64,000 bases of DNA from a virus. Each line of letters opens with the position of its first letter. Position 1 is the stretch's first letter. The notes beneath the pieces were generated by a model, which saw only the letters and a list, made by a program, of their open reading frames with translations, did no database searches and had not been told where the DNA came from. This document shows, in pieces, positions 8,212 through 18,604 of this stretch. The position numbers and the translations under genes were made by a program. Location of the stretch: IMG/VR virus record IMGVR_UViG_3300044766_000192, positions 1-64,000 of that record; one strand, 5' to 3'.

Positions 8212-11200
8212 ATGGTTGCCGTTGCCGAGCAACGTGTGAGCTTGCCGTTGCTTCGCGGCAGTGCTGAGGGCGCGGATTGTATGGCGTGCCCTTTCTCGCA
8301 CGAGGGTCAGCCGAATCGCCCCGTGTTCTCGGAGCATCCTGAGAAGCCGCTGTGGATCTTGATTGGCGAAGGCCCCGGCTTCAATGAAGTCCGTTTTGGT
8401 CGATGCTTCGTTGGAGCATCGGGCTCCGAGGTCGACAAGATTCTGACGAAGATCGGCCGCCCGCGCGAAGAGATCTACGTCGGCAACGCGACGCTTTGCG
8501 TTGATGGCTCAACAAATGTTCGACTCGGCGATGGTTCACTTGGGCGCATCGACCAACTCGTCAAGAGTCGATACTCAGGTTTGGTTCAATCAGTAGCGGC
8601 GGATGGAAGCGTCGTACTTCGCAGAGTGATCGGCTGGTACAGGAACAAGCGTGGTCTCCGTGAAATGCGCGAGGTCTCTACGCGAGGGGCTCAGCACACT
8701 GGTGGGCTCGGGCGGATTCATACGACGATGACCGAAGATCATCCCGTTTTGACCCCTGAGGGTTGGAAAGTAGCTGGAGAGCTGAATGGCGGATCGATCG
8801 CAACCGGCGATCTAGATCCAGGACACATTGGGCAACAGATCGCATACGGCACACTGCTAGGTGATGGAACGCTGCAACGAGGATCTCTCATCGTCCGTCA
8901 CGCCGTCGATCAAGCAGAGTACGCCATGCTCAAGGGGCAGGCGTTGTCTGGGATTGGCATTGGTTTGATCGAAGCGCCTCCGCACGGAAATCAGGTTCAA
9001 CGACAAGTCGGATTCAGAACTAAGGCTGGCTTGTGGGGGCATGCACTTCGATCTTCGTTCTATCCCGACGGAAAAAAACGAATCCCAAAAGAAGTCATCT
9101 CAAACGCGAGTATTTTGTTGTTTGCGATCTGGTATCTCGATGATGGCTCGATGAGCCATCGTGCCGAAAGTGGAAGAAAGCCGCGTGCAGAGATTTGCGG
9201 TGTGGCTTTTCCAGAAGAAGATCTGTTGGCGGCATCAGCCTCACTGAGATCTCTCGGCTTCGAGAACCGGGTTTATCGGGGGCGGATTCAGTTTGGTGTT
9301 GAAGCCTCTGCGAAATTCAGTCGAGCCATTGCTCGATTCGTTCCGCCGAGCATGAGCTACAAGTTGAGACCAGAGGATCGTGATCTATACGATCCGACCA
9401 CATTTCAGGCTGCGTCGGCCATTCCGTTTTTCGCTAAGGCTGATAGCGTTTTTGTGAGTCCGCGAGGGAAGCGTGAGCAGTCAGCGGTGTACTGCTTAGA
9501 AGTAGAGGATACGCACAACTTCATCACGCCAGCCGCAGTCATCCACAACTGCATCCCGAAGCCTGGCAGCACCGACGTTCACAGAAACCAAGCCGCAGCG
9601 GCGTGCAGAGAGCGAATGCAGCGAGAGCTGTCGCAGTTCCCCGGCATCCCGATCCTGACGCTCGGCGCTGTCGCTGCGCGCAGTGTCATCCCGAAAGAAG
9701 CGCTCGACGCGATCGATCCGCCAGATGTTCCTGAGTCTAAGCAAAAGCGCCAAAAGAAACGTCAGGGCGCCGAGACCGATGTCAAACAGAAGCGCGAAAA
9801 GCGGCTCGGCAAGCTGGAGCTGCTGGAGCTGCGAATCTTCAGGGAGCTGCTCGACTACCACAAGCGTGGGATCGCCGACGAGATCCGCCAGCGGTTCAAG
9901 AAGAAGGCGACGCACGCGCAGATCGAAGAGAGGCTAGAGCTTGAACGAGCGCGCCAGGGTATTGAGATCAAGGCCAAGGCCGACGCGCTGATCGAGCTGG
10001 AACAAGTCGAGGTCGAGAAGGCGAAGAAGCCCAAGAAGAAAAAGCCGATCAAGATCAGCGACATCGTGAGCACGTGTTTCGACGTCGACGTCGATGGCTC
10101 GGGTCTGCGCCCGGTGATTCCCGGGATTCATCCGGCGGCGCTACTACGCGGTGGCGGGCGCTCGATCGCCGGCAGTCATACGCCCGATCTCGCGTTCGTA
10201 AACCTGATGTACGACTTCGGCAAGATCGACGCGCTCGCTCGTGGCAAAGACGTTCGGCTCAAGCTCAACGTCGAGGTCGAAGGTCAAGACAGCGCCAAAG
10301 CTACGCGGCTATTCGTCGAGGCGATCCAACGGGCTTTCGACGAGGGCGAGGTAGCAATCGACCTTGAGACCTACGTCGATGATCCGTTGCGCCACCACGC
10401 ACTCATGGCCTACGTCGCGAAGATTCGCGCGATCGGCTTGGCAACGAAAGAGAAATCGATCTCGGTGCTCTGGGATCTGATCCAGCCGTGGGGGCTCTCG
10501 TACTTTCAGGCGATGCTGGCTACAGCCGACATCAAGATCGTCACCCAGAACGGGATCTACGATCGAACGGTCTTGCGCGCCAACGGCTACGAGATCTGCG
10601 GCGACAACTTCGAGGACACGCTGTACGCCCATCACTCGGCGTTTCCTGGTTGTGCGCACAACCTCCAGCAAATCACGGCGCAGTTCTTTGCCGTCTCACC
10701 GTGGAAGTGCTTGCAGGCTGATACAGCTGTTTTGCTGCCAGATCGCTCGACGATATCGATTCGCGAGGCAGTTCAACGGCGGATCCCGGAAGTCCTCTCC
10801 TATGAGGATGGGCAGATCGTTCCTAAACGGGTGCTTGGCTGGCACGAGGCGCGTGCTCCGGGTCAAGCGTGGGTCTCCATCAAGACTGAGCGCAGCGACG
10901 CGAAATACAATCGAGGGCTCATCGTTACTCCGAATCATAGGGTGATGACGCAACGAGGGCTTGTAGAAGCTCAAGAGCTGATCGCTGGGCAAGATCGAAT
11001 TGCAATTGATGAGCCACAACTATCGGACGATCAGATTTCAACGGCGATTGGAACGCTCTTAGGTGACTCAAGTGTGTTTGTCAGCCGTTCGTATCATCAT
11101 CGACCTTGGGAAGCCTCAAGAGCTAGTATTCGTGGTGGGCACGCCAACGAGGGGCTCCGCGATTGTAAGGCCGAATCGCTTGCGCTTGGGACCTCCGGGC

Positions 11201-14200
11201 AGTGTGTGCCTGCACATTCTCGCGTGTCGGGGGGCGTGACCATCAACGCTTCAAACTTCTACGCCTACGGTACAAGGTGGGCCTTTCAGTACATGCAGAT
11301 CGCAAAGCTCGTCTACGACGACGAGTGGAAGCGCCGAATCAAAGCCAAAGCGCTCGAAGTTCTTGGTCGTCGTGGGCTTGCCATGATGTACATGGACGAT
11401 GGTGACCTCCATAAGACCAAACAAACTATTGGGGCAGGTTTTGCGACGAACGGCTTTCCGCTAGAAGACGTTGAGCTGTTCGTTGGATGGTTGAAGGGCA
11501 AGTACGGGGAAGTTAGCATCTACAACTCGCGTGGGCCTTACGTGGCGATGTCGACCGTCGCGACTAAAAACATGCTTGAGGATCTTCGCGGGTTCATTCA
11601 CCCATCAGTCAAGTACAAGACCATTTTCGATGATCCATTCAAGCCCGTTATCAAAGGATATGGTGCTTACCACGCCGCGATTAGGTCTGTTGATCGGATT
11701 GATCGTGTGGCCTTGCGCAAGGGTCGTAGCTCACACGCAACTGACTATCGGTATTGCCTGTCCGTCGAGGATACGCAGCTATTCTATACGAACTACGGGC
11801 TTGTCTCGAACAGCGAGTTTCGCAACGCCGAGGAAGACACCGCGCGATTGCTTGCGTACAACGCCAAAGACACGGGCGCGACGCTCGCGATCAGGCCGGC
11901 GATCGAAATCGTCGTCAAGAAAAACGCGAACGAGCGGACCTACGCGATCGATCTAAAGATGGCCGAGATCGCGAGCCGCATGCACCGCGTCGGCATGCCG
12001 GTGTCGCGCGAGGTCAATTCCGAGCTGCTTACGACGTTCAGTAAGAACGTTGCCGAGGGCCGACAGCACGTCGAAGCTATCGCGAACGATCCGAAACTCC
12101 ATGAGGGAATCTTGCATCATCTCTCGTTGGAGCAAGCCAAGATCCAGCGCAAGGCCGACAGCATCGACTTCGAGGAACGCTACAATGCACGCCGCGGCAA
12201 GATTCTGACCGACGAAGCCAAAGGCAAATGGCGCTGGAAGATCTCGGCTGCCAAGCACGTCGCGGCGTTGCTTCAAGCGATCGGCGTGAACCTGCACCAA
12301 GTCACTAAGAACGGCTCGATCTCGACGAAGAAAGAGATCCTAGAGTCACTCGTTGACGTGCCGATCGTTCGTGATCTGCTCTTGTTCCGCGAAAACGACA
12401 AGCTCCTGTCAACGTTCATCTGGCAGATCTTCGATCGAACCGTCGATGGGAATATCATCCAGCACGGCTTCGCTGACGCCAACGATCGCATCCACCCGAT
12501 CTGGAACGTCCACAAGATCTCGGGCCGGTGGGCGAGCTACGAGCCCGTCGTCTCGAACGTCCCGAAGGCCAAGTACAAAAAGCTCGAAGGCGGCAAGCTC
12601 AAGCTCGTGCGGCCCAACTTGCGCCGACAGGTTCAGGTGACGCGCAAAGGTCGCAAGCTCGTTGGCTTCGATTTTTGCTTGGCGAAGGGAACCCTCGTTG
12701 ACACGCCGAACGGTCACACGCCGATCGAGAAGTTGAAAATCGGTGACCTCGTGTTCTCGTACAATCACGAAACGCAGCGTCCTGATTGCTCGCGCGTGTC
12801 ACAGCGCCTTTTCACCGGGATGCAGAAAACATTGAAGGTGATTCTCGACAATGGGGAGGAGGTTCGTTGCACAGCGAACCATCGGTGGCTAACGCGCAAG
12901 TATGGGTCTGGCCGAGCTGTCTTCGAGGTTGAAGCTAGCGATCTGAAGCCCGGAATGCGCCTGCTACCGTTGCGTCGAACGTATTCGGGCCCAGAACGAA
13001 GCTATGAGATCCTCTACTCGTATTCGGCATTCGAATACGTCAAGACGCATGTCGTTGTGGCAAAGGCACATCTTGGAGATCGGCCAAAGGGCCACGACAT
13101 CCACCACCGCAATGAGAACCCTAAAGACAATCGCCCAAGAAACCTCGAATACAAGCTCGAACATGATCATCTCGGTGAGCACAGCGCCTCCAATACCTCC
13201 GCTCAGTGGAAAGATCCGGCTACTCGCCAGAAGATGGTTGAGGGGATTTCAGCTTCGATCAAAGCACGTGGCGGTTATCACGGAGCCAACAACCCAAACT
13301 TTGGGAAGCGCACTGGTGAAGATGGTACGTGCCCGAATTGCGGAGCCGACACTTACTTCGGTGGAAAACACCCGAAGCGCTTCTGCTCTAAGCCTTGCTT
13401 CTACGAATTCAGGCGAACCAATCCTCGAAGGAGAGGTGAGAAATACGATGACCTTAACCACAAAGTGGTCGCCGTCATTGATGACGGGCTCGTCGTTCCT
13501 ACCTACGATATCGAAGTCGAGCGAGATCACAACTTCGCGCTAGCAGCCGGCGTTTTCGTCCATAACAGCCAACTTGAAGCTAGAAATCTTGCGTTGATCT
13601 CCGGCGACGAATTCTTGTGCAAGATCTTTGCAGAGGGCCGCGATATCCATACCGAATGCGCGCGAGTGATCTTCAAGGGCTTCGATCAACGTGAGGAGAA
13701 AGAGCGCAAACAGCTCCGCGATCTCACCAAGCAGATCGAATACGGAACCTTCTACGGTGGTAGCCCTGAGACCTGTTGGAAAGTCCTACTCAAAGATGGC
13801 CACAACGTCAAACTCGTCGATGTCGCTGCGTCGATCGGCACGCTTATGCGGCAGATGCCCGGGATCGTGCGTTGGCAGCGTCAGACTGTCGCCAAGGCGT
13901 CACTACCGCCGTTCACGATTCGCGATTTCGTGCTCGGGCGGCGCCGTGTATTCCCGATGGGTCAGGTTGATCCCAACGAGGCGTTGAATTTTGAGTCACA
14001 GGCGACCGCCGCTGCGATCATGGACACCGGCATGGCCGCGATGGACGCGCGGATTATCGATCAGGGCTACAAAGAGGTCGACTGCATCGTGCAGGTTCAC
14101 GACGCGGCGGTATACGAAGCGTGGGAAGATGATGCCGAAGACATCGCGCAAGACATCCATGAATGCTTCTCGCAGCAATACGAGCGCGATGGCCGGACGA

Positions 14201-14250
14201 TCCCCTACCCCGTCGATGTCAAGATCGGCGACTCGTGGGATCAGATGTAA
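8212..14250 (+). CDS. polA: Family A DNA polymerase with N-terminal family-4 uracil-DNA glycosylase and 3'-5' exonuclease, three inteins (about 996 aa spliced)
   Basis: IGEGPG..E...FVGASG and HPAALLR (UDG); DLET, YNAKD (exo); SGRW, DF|SQLE, R..TKQIEYG, QVHDA (PolA). Confidence 0.93.
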   Translation: MVAVAEQRVSLPLLRGSAEGADCMACPFSHEGQPNRPVFSEHPEKPLWILIGEGPGFNEVRFGRCFVGASGSEVDKILTKIGRPREEIYVGNATLCVDGSTNVRLGDGSLGRIDQLVKSRYSGLVQSVAADGSVVLRRVIGWYRNKRGLREMREVSTRGAQHTGGLGRIHTTMTEDHPVLTPEGWKVAGELNGGSIATGDLDPGHIGQQIAYGTLLGDGTLQRGSLIVRHAVDQAEYAMLKGQALSGIGIGLIEAPPHGNQVQRQVGFRTKAGLWGHALRSSFYPDGKKRIPKEVISNASILLFAIWYLDDGSMSHRAESGRKPRAEICGVAFPEEDLLAASASLRSLGFENRVYRGRIQFGVEASAKFSRAIARFVPPSMSYKLRPEDRDLYDPTTFQAASAIPFFAKADSVFVSPRGKREQSAVYCLEVEDTHNFITPAAVIHNCIPKPGSTDVHRNQAAAACRERMQRELSQFPGIPILTLGAVAARSVIPKEALDAIDPPDVPESKQKRQKKRQGAETDVKQKREKRLGKLELLELRIFRELLDYHKRGIADEIRQRFKKKATHAQIEERLELERARQGIEIKAKADALIELEQVEVEKAKKPKKKKPIKISDIVSTCFDVDVDGSGLRPVIPGIHPAALLRGGGRSIAGSHTPDLAFVNLMYDFGKIDALARGKDVRLKLNVEVEGQDSAKATRLFVEAIQRAFDEGEVAIDLETYVDDPLRHHALMAYVAKIRAIGLATKEKSISVLWDLIQPWGLSYFQAMLATADIKIVTQNGIYDRTVLRANGYEICGDNFEDTLYAHHSAFPGCAHNLQQITAQFFAVSPWKCLQADTAVLLPDRSTISIREAVQRRIPEVLSYEDGQIVPKRVLGWHEARAPGQAWVSIKTERSDAKYNRGLIVTPNHRVMTQRGLVEAQELIAGQDRIAIDEPQLSDDQISTAIGTLLGDSSVFVSRSYHHRPWEASRASIRGGHANEGLRDCKAESLALGTSGQCVPAHSRVSGGVTINASNFYAYGTRWAFQYMQIAKLVYDDEWKRRIKAKALEVLGRRGLAMMYMDDGDLHKTKQTIGAGFATNGFPLEDVELFVGWLKGKYGEVSIYNSRGPYVAMSTVATKNMLEDLRGFIHPSVKYKTIFDDPFKPVIKGYGAYHAAIRSVDRIDRVALRKGRSSHATDYRYCLSVEDTQLFYTNYGLVSNSEFRNAEEDTARLLAYNAKDTGATLAIRPAIEIVVKKNANERTYAIDLKMAEIASRMHRVGMPVSREVNSELLTTFSKNVAEGRQHVEAIANDPKLHEGILHHLSLEQAKIQRKADSIDFEERYNARRGKILTDEAKGKWRWKISAAKHVAALLQAIGVNLHQVTKNGSISTKKEILESLVDVPIVRDLLLFRENDKLLSTFIWQIFDRTVDGNIIQHGFADANDRIHPIWNVHKISGRWASYEPVVSNVPKAKYKKLEGGKLKLVRPNLRRQVQVTRKGRKLVGFDFCLAKGTLVDTPNGHTPIEKLKIGDLVFSYNHETQRPDCSRVSQRLFTGMQKTLKVILDNGEEVRCTANHRWLTRKYGSGRAVFEVEASDLKPGMRLLPLRRTYSGPERSYEILYSYSAFEYVKTHVVVAKAHLGDRPKGHDIHHRNENPKDNRPRNLEYKLEHDHLGEHSASNTSAQWKDPATRQKMVEGISASIKARGGYHGANNPNFGKRTGEDGTCPNCGADTYFGGKHPKRFCSKPCFYEFRRTNPRRRGEKYDDLNHKVVAVIDDGLVVPTYDIEVERDHNFALAAGVFVHNSQLEARNLALISGDEFLCKIFAEGRDIHTECARVIFKGFDQREEKERKQLRDLTKQIEYGTFYGGSPETCWKVLLKDGHNVKLVDVAASIGTLMRQMPGIVRWQRQTVAKASLPPFTIRDFVLGRRRVFPMGQVDPNEALNFESQATAAAIMDTGMAAMDARIIDQGYKEVDCIVQVHDAAVYEAWEDDAEDIAQDIHECFSQQYERDGRTIPYPVDVKIGDSWDQM
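8497..9549 (+). mobile_element. Intein 1 of polymerase (in UDG domain), LAGLIDADG
   Basis: CVDGST...TEDHP...GTLLGDG...WYLDDG...VIHN|C. Confidence 0.9.
10708..11811 (+). mobile_element. Intein 2 of polymerase (in exonuclease domain), LAGLIDADG
   Basis: CLQADT...TPNHR...GTLLGDS...YMDDG...GLVSN|S. Confidence 0.88.
12676..13566 (+). mobile_element. Intein 3 of polymerase (in motif A), HNH endonuclease
   Basis: CLAKGT...TANHRW...HHRNENPKDNRPRNL...VFVHN|S. Confidence 0.92.
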
Positions 14251-14260
14251 GCGGGCTAGC

Positions 14261-14282
14261 TGTCAGACCCCTCTGATACAGA
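14261..14282 (+). promoter_or_regulatory. Class A promoter TGTCAG-N10-TACAGA
   Basis: Repeated motif between polA and the helicase operon. Confidence 0.7.
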
Positions 14283-14294
14283 TTGAGCGTTGAG

Positions 14295-14432
14295 ATGATC
14301 TATTACCTTGACCTCCCTATTTTCGTGAAAGAAAAGCCACTGCGCTGCGTGAAGTGCAACGCAGTTCAGAACGAAGGCCGCTTCCTACCGTCGCATTGCT
14401 ATCGATGTGGCTGCAAAAAGTTGAGGCGCTAG
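14295..14432 (+). CDS. Small Zn-ribbon protein (45 aa, not in ORF track)
   Basis: CVKC...CYRC; ends 1 nt before the helicase ATG. Confidence 0.55.
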   Translation: MIYYLDLPIFVKEKPLRCVKCNAVQNEGRFLPSHCYRCGCKKLRR

Positions 14433-14433
14433 C

Positions 14434-16956
14434 ATGGAGCTGACTTCAGAACAGCAAGCGATCGTCGCCTTCGTTGCAGCGAACAAAGGCAACCTCGTCA
14501 TCGAAGCGCTCGCCGGCACCGGCAAGACGTTTTGCTTGCTCGAAGCGCTGAATGTTCTGCCTCAGAAGTCCGCGCTCGTCTGCGCGTTCAACAAGCAGAT
14601 CGCCACCGAGATTCTTGGCAGGCTCCCAGTTCTGCCCCGAACACGCGTTGTTCACGTCAAGACGTTCCACGCGCAGGGTCTCGCGATCATCAAGAAGCAT
14701 TTTCCCGGTGTAAAGATCGGTGCAGAGGCGACGGAAGACATCATCAACACGGCTGGTACGACGCTCAAAACGCCCTTCAACGCGAAGCGCGCGGCTGTGA
14801 AGATCCTACGCCAGTGGAAAGAGCAGACGACGGCGCCGTTGCTGATCCCGACCGAAGAGGAGATCTTGGCGCTCGGGCTCGATCGAGATTTGTTCGGCCG
14901 CCTTGGCGACATCAACATCCAGGCGACGATCGATGCCGTGCGCCTCGGCTATCGATTGTCTCTAGAGACCAAGGCGCCCGAGACGATCGACTTTTGTGAC
15001 ATGGTGTGGTTGCCGATCGTCAAAGACCTCGCGCCGCCGTCGCGCTATCAGGCGATTCTCGTCGACGAACTACAAGACATCTCGCCGCCGCAGTTCGAGC
15101 TGATGCGCCGGCTTCTGATTCCCGGCGGTCGATTCATCGGCGTTGGTGATCGCAACCAATGCCATCCAGCTGGCGTGCTCATACAAACGACAGTCGGGCA
15201 AATACCGATTGAGCATCTCGATCCGAAACGACACAAGATCATCCCGTGGAATCGAAAGGCGCAACGCTCAACCGGCCAACGATCTTTCAAACTCGCATCG
15301 TGCCGATACGCGGGTGCCTTGCTGAAAGTTTCAACAATCGACCATTCTGTTGAAGTGACCCCCAATCACAAATTCCTTTGCCGCTGGGCGAAGCGGTCCG
15401 ACGTTTATATCACGTACATTATGCATCGTGCTGATCGTGGTTATCGAGTGGGTTGGTGCCAGCTATTCACAAAGGACAAGCACCTGCACTTCGTTACGCG
15501 ATGGCATCTTGAGCAAGCTGATGCTGCTTGGATAGTTGCTGTTCACGATACTCGTGAGAAAGCCTCGATCCATGAGAGCATTCTTGCTGCGAAATATGGT
15601 TTGTTCACCGCGACATTCAAGCCGGTTAATGCTCAGCGGCATCGTGAAGAAGCGGCTATCAAAAAGATCTTCGCTGGAGTTTCGCTTGTTGATCAACGCG
15701 ATCGGGCTCGGCGCTGTCTAACGGAGTACGGTCGAGATCTAGCCCTGCCGTTCTTTCCTAGACCGGGTAAGAATCCGCGAGATCACGATGGTCGGCCGAC
15801 TTACTTCATCACGCACGCGGCCAACTTAATTCCGGGTTTGATGACACTCCCTTTGCCTGATGGTCAAAATCGATGGACTTCGATTACCGGCGTCGAGCGT
15901 CGGATTTTCAAGGGTTTGATTTACTCACTAGATGTCGATATCGATCATAACTACTCAGCAGATGGATTGATCGTGATGAATAGCATTTACGGTTGGCGCG
16001 GTGCTGATGCGGATAAGGCTTTTCGATTTGCTAGGGAACAGTTCGGCGCCAAGTTCTTGCCGCTTACGACGTCGTTTCGTTGCTCGACGACCGTGGTTCA
16101 TGAGGCTCAGCAACGCGTGCCCGATCTCAAAGCGCACCCTGAAGCCGTGCCCGGTAGCGTCTCGCATGCGAGGCTATCGCAGCTGCCGCACCTGCTCGCG
16201 CGCGGCTACTCCGAGACGATCCATACGTTCATCTTGTCGCGCAACAACGCGGCGCTACTCGATGCCGCGATGTACCTGTGGCGCGAAAAGGTCTCGTTCC
16301 AGATCAACGCCGGGCGCGAGATCTTGGAGCCGCTGTACGGGATCATCGACGGACTACGCCTGACCTCGACCGACGATTTCAAGGTCAGCGTCGGGCAATG
16401 GCACGCTGCCGAGATGTTCCGCGCCGAGAGGTCTGGGTCAACAGCGTGGGCCGATCGCATCGACGAGCAGGCGAAGATGTTGCTCGCGACAGCAGGCTAC
16501 ACGGCGCCAAAGAAAATAAAGCAGCTATTCCAAGAGATGCTCAAGGCTAGCGGCTCGGGCGTGTTGTTGTCGACGGTGCACAAGGTCAAGGGCCTCGAAG
16601 CCGATCGCGTTTTCTTGCTCAAGCAGACGTTCGCGTGTGGTCGAGTAGTCGACGACGACGACGATCGCCCGCCACCGCAAGAAGAGATCAACATCGAATA
16701 CGTCGCGATCACGCGCGCTCGCGAGCACCTGACTTGGGTCGACATCGATCCGCAGGCTCGCGTCGTGGTCAATGCCGAGGACGAGCTTGACAGGCTGCCC
16801 GAATGCACCGACGGCCTATCGATAGGCGAGATCGGAGATCTCTTCGTCTACGCCGAGCGTCGAGCGCTGGAGCTGATGGAGAGCGATGAAGCGCTCGCCG
16901 ATCGCTGGATGGCCCGCGCCGAGATGTTGAACAAGGTGATGAAAGAGGCTCGATGA
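14434..16956 (+). CDS. UvrD/Rep superfamily 1 helicase with intein
   Basis: ALAGTGKT, DELQD, GDRNQ|SIYGWRGA, TVHKVKGLE, YVAITRA. Confidence 0.92.
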   Translation: MELTSEQQAIVAFVAANKGNLVIEALAGTGKTFCLLEALNVLPQKSALVCAFNKQIATEILGRLPVLPRTRVVHVKTFHAQGLAIIKKHFPGVKIGAEATEDIINTAGTTLKTPFNAKRAAVKILRQWKEQTTAPLLIPTEEEILALGLDRDLFGRLGDINIQATIDAVRLGYRLSLETKAPETIDFCDMVWLPIVKDLAPPSRYQAILVDELQDISPPQFELMRRLLIPGGRFIGVGDRNQCHPAGVLIQTTVGQIPIEHLDPKRHKIIPWNRKAQRSTGQRSFKLASCRYAGALLKVSTIDHSVEVTPNHKFLCRWAKRSDVYITYIMHRADRGYRVGWCQLFTKDKHLHFVTRWHLEQADAAWIVAVHDTREKASIHESILAAKYGLFTATFKPVNAQRHREEAAIKKIFAGVSLVDQRDRARRCLTEYGRDLALPFFPRPGKNPRDHDGRPTYFITHAANLIPGLMTLPLPDGQNRWTSITGVERRIFKGLIYSLDVDIDHNYSADGLIVMNSIYGWRGADADKAFRFAREQFGAKFLPLTTSFRCSTTVVHEAQQRVPDLKAHPEAVPGSVSHARLSQLPHLLARGYSETIHTFILSRNNAALLDAAMYLWREKVSFQINAGREILEPLYGIIDGLRLTSTDDFKVSVGQWHAAEMFRAERSGSTAWADRIDEQAKMLLATAGYTAPKKIKQLFQEMLKASGSGVLLSTVHKVKGLEADRVFLLKQTFACGRVVDDDDDRPPPQEEINIEYVAITRAREHLTWVDIDPQARVVVNAEDELDRLPECTDGLSIGEIGDLFVYAERRALELMESDEALADRWMARAEMLNKVMKEAR
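15160..15981 (+). mobile_element. Intein in UvrD motif III (274 aa)
   Basis: CHPAG...TPNHKF...IYSLDVD..HNYSADGLIVMN|S. Confidence 0.88.
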
Positions 16957-17213
16957 TGCAGGTAGAGATGAAGAACGGCCACTTGAACGGCCACTCGAAC
17001 GGCCACTCGACGAACGGATCAAACGGCCATGGCGGTCGTGACGATGGCCTGCACGAGCCTCAGATCGAGCTGTGCTGCAAGCGCTTGGGTCACGGCTCGT
17101 GGTGCAATCTGCCCGAGAAACATCCGGGCGTGTGCGGGGGCGCTGACCCGAGCTATGATGTGATCGAAGAACGCCCACCGCTCTGGCGAAAGCACAAAGG
17201 CCAGAAGCCCTAG
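16953..17213 (+). CDS. Hypothetical protein with NGH repeats and Cys/His motif
   Basis: ATGA overlap; NGH(L/S) repeats. Confidence 0.55.
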   Translation: MMQVEMKNGHLNGHSNGHSTNGSNGHGGRDDGLHEPQIELCCKRLGHGSWCNLPEKHPGVCGGADPSYDVIEERPPLWRKHKGQKP

Positions 17214-17214
17214 C

Positions 17215-17236
17215 TGTCAGAGCGGCGTGCTAGACG
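17215..17236 (+). promoter_or_regulatory. Class A promoter TGTCAG-N10-TAGACG
   Basis: Repeated motif; GTG of the methylase 7 nt downstream. Confidence 0.7.
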
Positions 17237-17243
17237 AGCGTTC

Positions 17244-18182
17244 GTGGAAGCTGTTGCTACTGAAGTATCGCCGCCGCCGAACATCACACCCTGGCTTCGC
17301 TGGGCTGGTGGAAAGCGGCGGCTAGCGGCAAAGCTCGCGACCGAGATCACGGCGATCAAGCCCAAGATGTACGTCGAGCCGTTCCTTGGTGGCGGCGCCG
17401 TCGCGCTCGCACTGCCCGTCGAGCTAAACAAATTCCTCGCCGACGTCAATCCGCACTTGATCGACTGCTGGCTCTGCGTGCAGAAGATCCCAGGCGCGCT
17501 GTTCGCTGAGATCCGCCGCGTCGAGGATCAGTACGGCAACGGCTCGCCTACTGCTCCGCACAGCGAAGAGGGCTACAAGGCCGCGCGCACCGAATTCAAC
17601 ACGATGATCAACAACCCGCGTCCGATGTGGGCTCGCCGGTCGGCGCTGTTCATCTTCTTGAACGCACGTTGCTTCAATGGTCTTTGGCGCACGAACGCGA
17701 GCGGGCGGTTCAACGTGCCGTGGGGCAAGCTCGCGATGCCGCGCTGGCTCGGCGCCGAGGAGATGGCGCACTACAGCTCTGCGTTGAATCGCTGCTCGCT
17801 GTACGCCGAAGGCTACGCGTCGCTCTTGGGACGGCTGGCAACCGCTGCATCGCGCAAGACGCGCGGAACGATCGACGAGCTTCGGCACATGCTCGATGGA
17901 TTCGCCGTTTATTGCGACCCGCCGTACGACACCACGTTCGACGGCTACAGTAAAGACGGCTTCGATGACGCCGATCAGCGCGTGCTCGGCTCGATGCTGT
18001 CGTCGTGGGCGAGCTGCGGCGCTGCCATCTGGGCCACGAACGCCGACACGCCACTGATCCGCGAGATCTACGACTGGGCTCAGATCGAAGCGATCGACGA
18101 ACAGCACTCGGTTGGAGCTACCGGCGATCGTCGAGGCAAGCGAAGCTGTCTGTTGATTAGAGGAGGAGCTGCGATCCGATGA
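17244..18182 (+). CDS. dam: Dam-family (D12 class) N6-adenine DNA methyltransferase
   Basis: LRWAGGK, EPFLGGG, FNGLWR.N..G.FNVP, DPPY. Confidence 0.9.
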   Translation: MEAVATEVSPPPNITPWLRWAGGKRRLAAKLATEITAIKPKMYVEPFLGGGAVALALPVELNKFLADVNPHLIDCWLCVQKIPGALFAEIRRVEDQYGNGSPTAPHSEEGYKAARTEFNTMINNPRPMWARRSALFIFLNARCFNGLWRTNASGRFNVPWGKLAMPRWLGAEEMAHYSSALNRCSLYAEGYASLLGRLATAASRKTRGTIDELRHMLDGFAVYCDPPYDTTFDGYSKDGFDDADQRVLGSMLSSWASCGAAIWATNADTPLIREIYDWAQIEAIDEQHSVGATGDRRGKRSCLLIRGGAAIR

Positions 18183-18604
18183 AGTGTGAACTTTGCAACG
18201 AGCGTCTTCTCGCCCTGGCGGATCCATCCCGCATCGAGCTGTTCTACGTCGCGCATCCCGTCGGCATGGACCACGGAAAGCGGCTGCTCAACGTCGCGAA
18301 CGCCAAGAAGTGGATCGCTAAGCTCGTCGAGGCCGTTCCTGATATCGGCTTCGTTGCGCCGTGGCTGCCTTACGTCGAAGTTCTCGATGAAGGCAAGTAT
18401 CGAGCCCGTGGCATCCGCGATGATCTCGAAGCACTACGACGTTGCGACGGCATTGTCGCGGTTGGCGGTCAGGGCATGTCCTCGGGCATGAAGGCCGAGT
18501 GGAGCAAAGCGAGCGAATGGGCTTTGCGCCGCGTCGACTATTCGGTGCGCGGACTCGAAGGCGTCGTCGATCCCAGAGACTTCGTATCAGGGTACGTGCT
18601 ATGA
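18179..18604 (+). CDS. Nucleoside deoxyribosyltransferase-like fold protein
   Basis: YVAHP...APW...CDGIVAVG...SSGMKAE. Confidence 0.6.
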   Translation: MKCELCNERLLALADPSRIELFYVAHPVGMDHGKRLLNVANAKKWIAKLVEAVPDIGFVAPWLPYVEVLDEGKYRARGIRDDLEALRRCDGIVAVGGQGMSSGMKAEWSKASEWALRRVDYSVRGLEGVVDPRDFVSGYVL

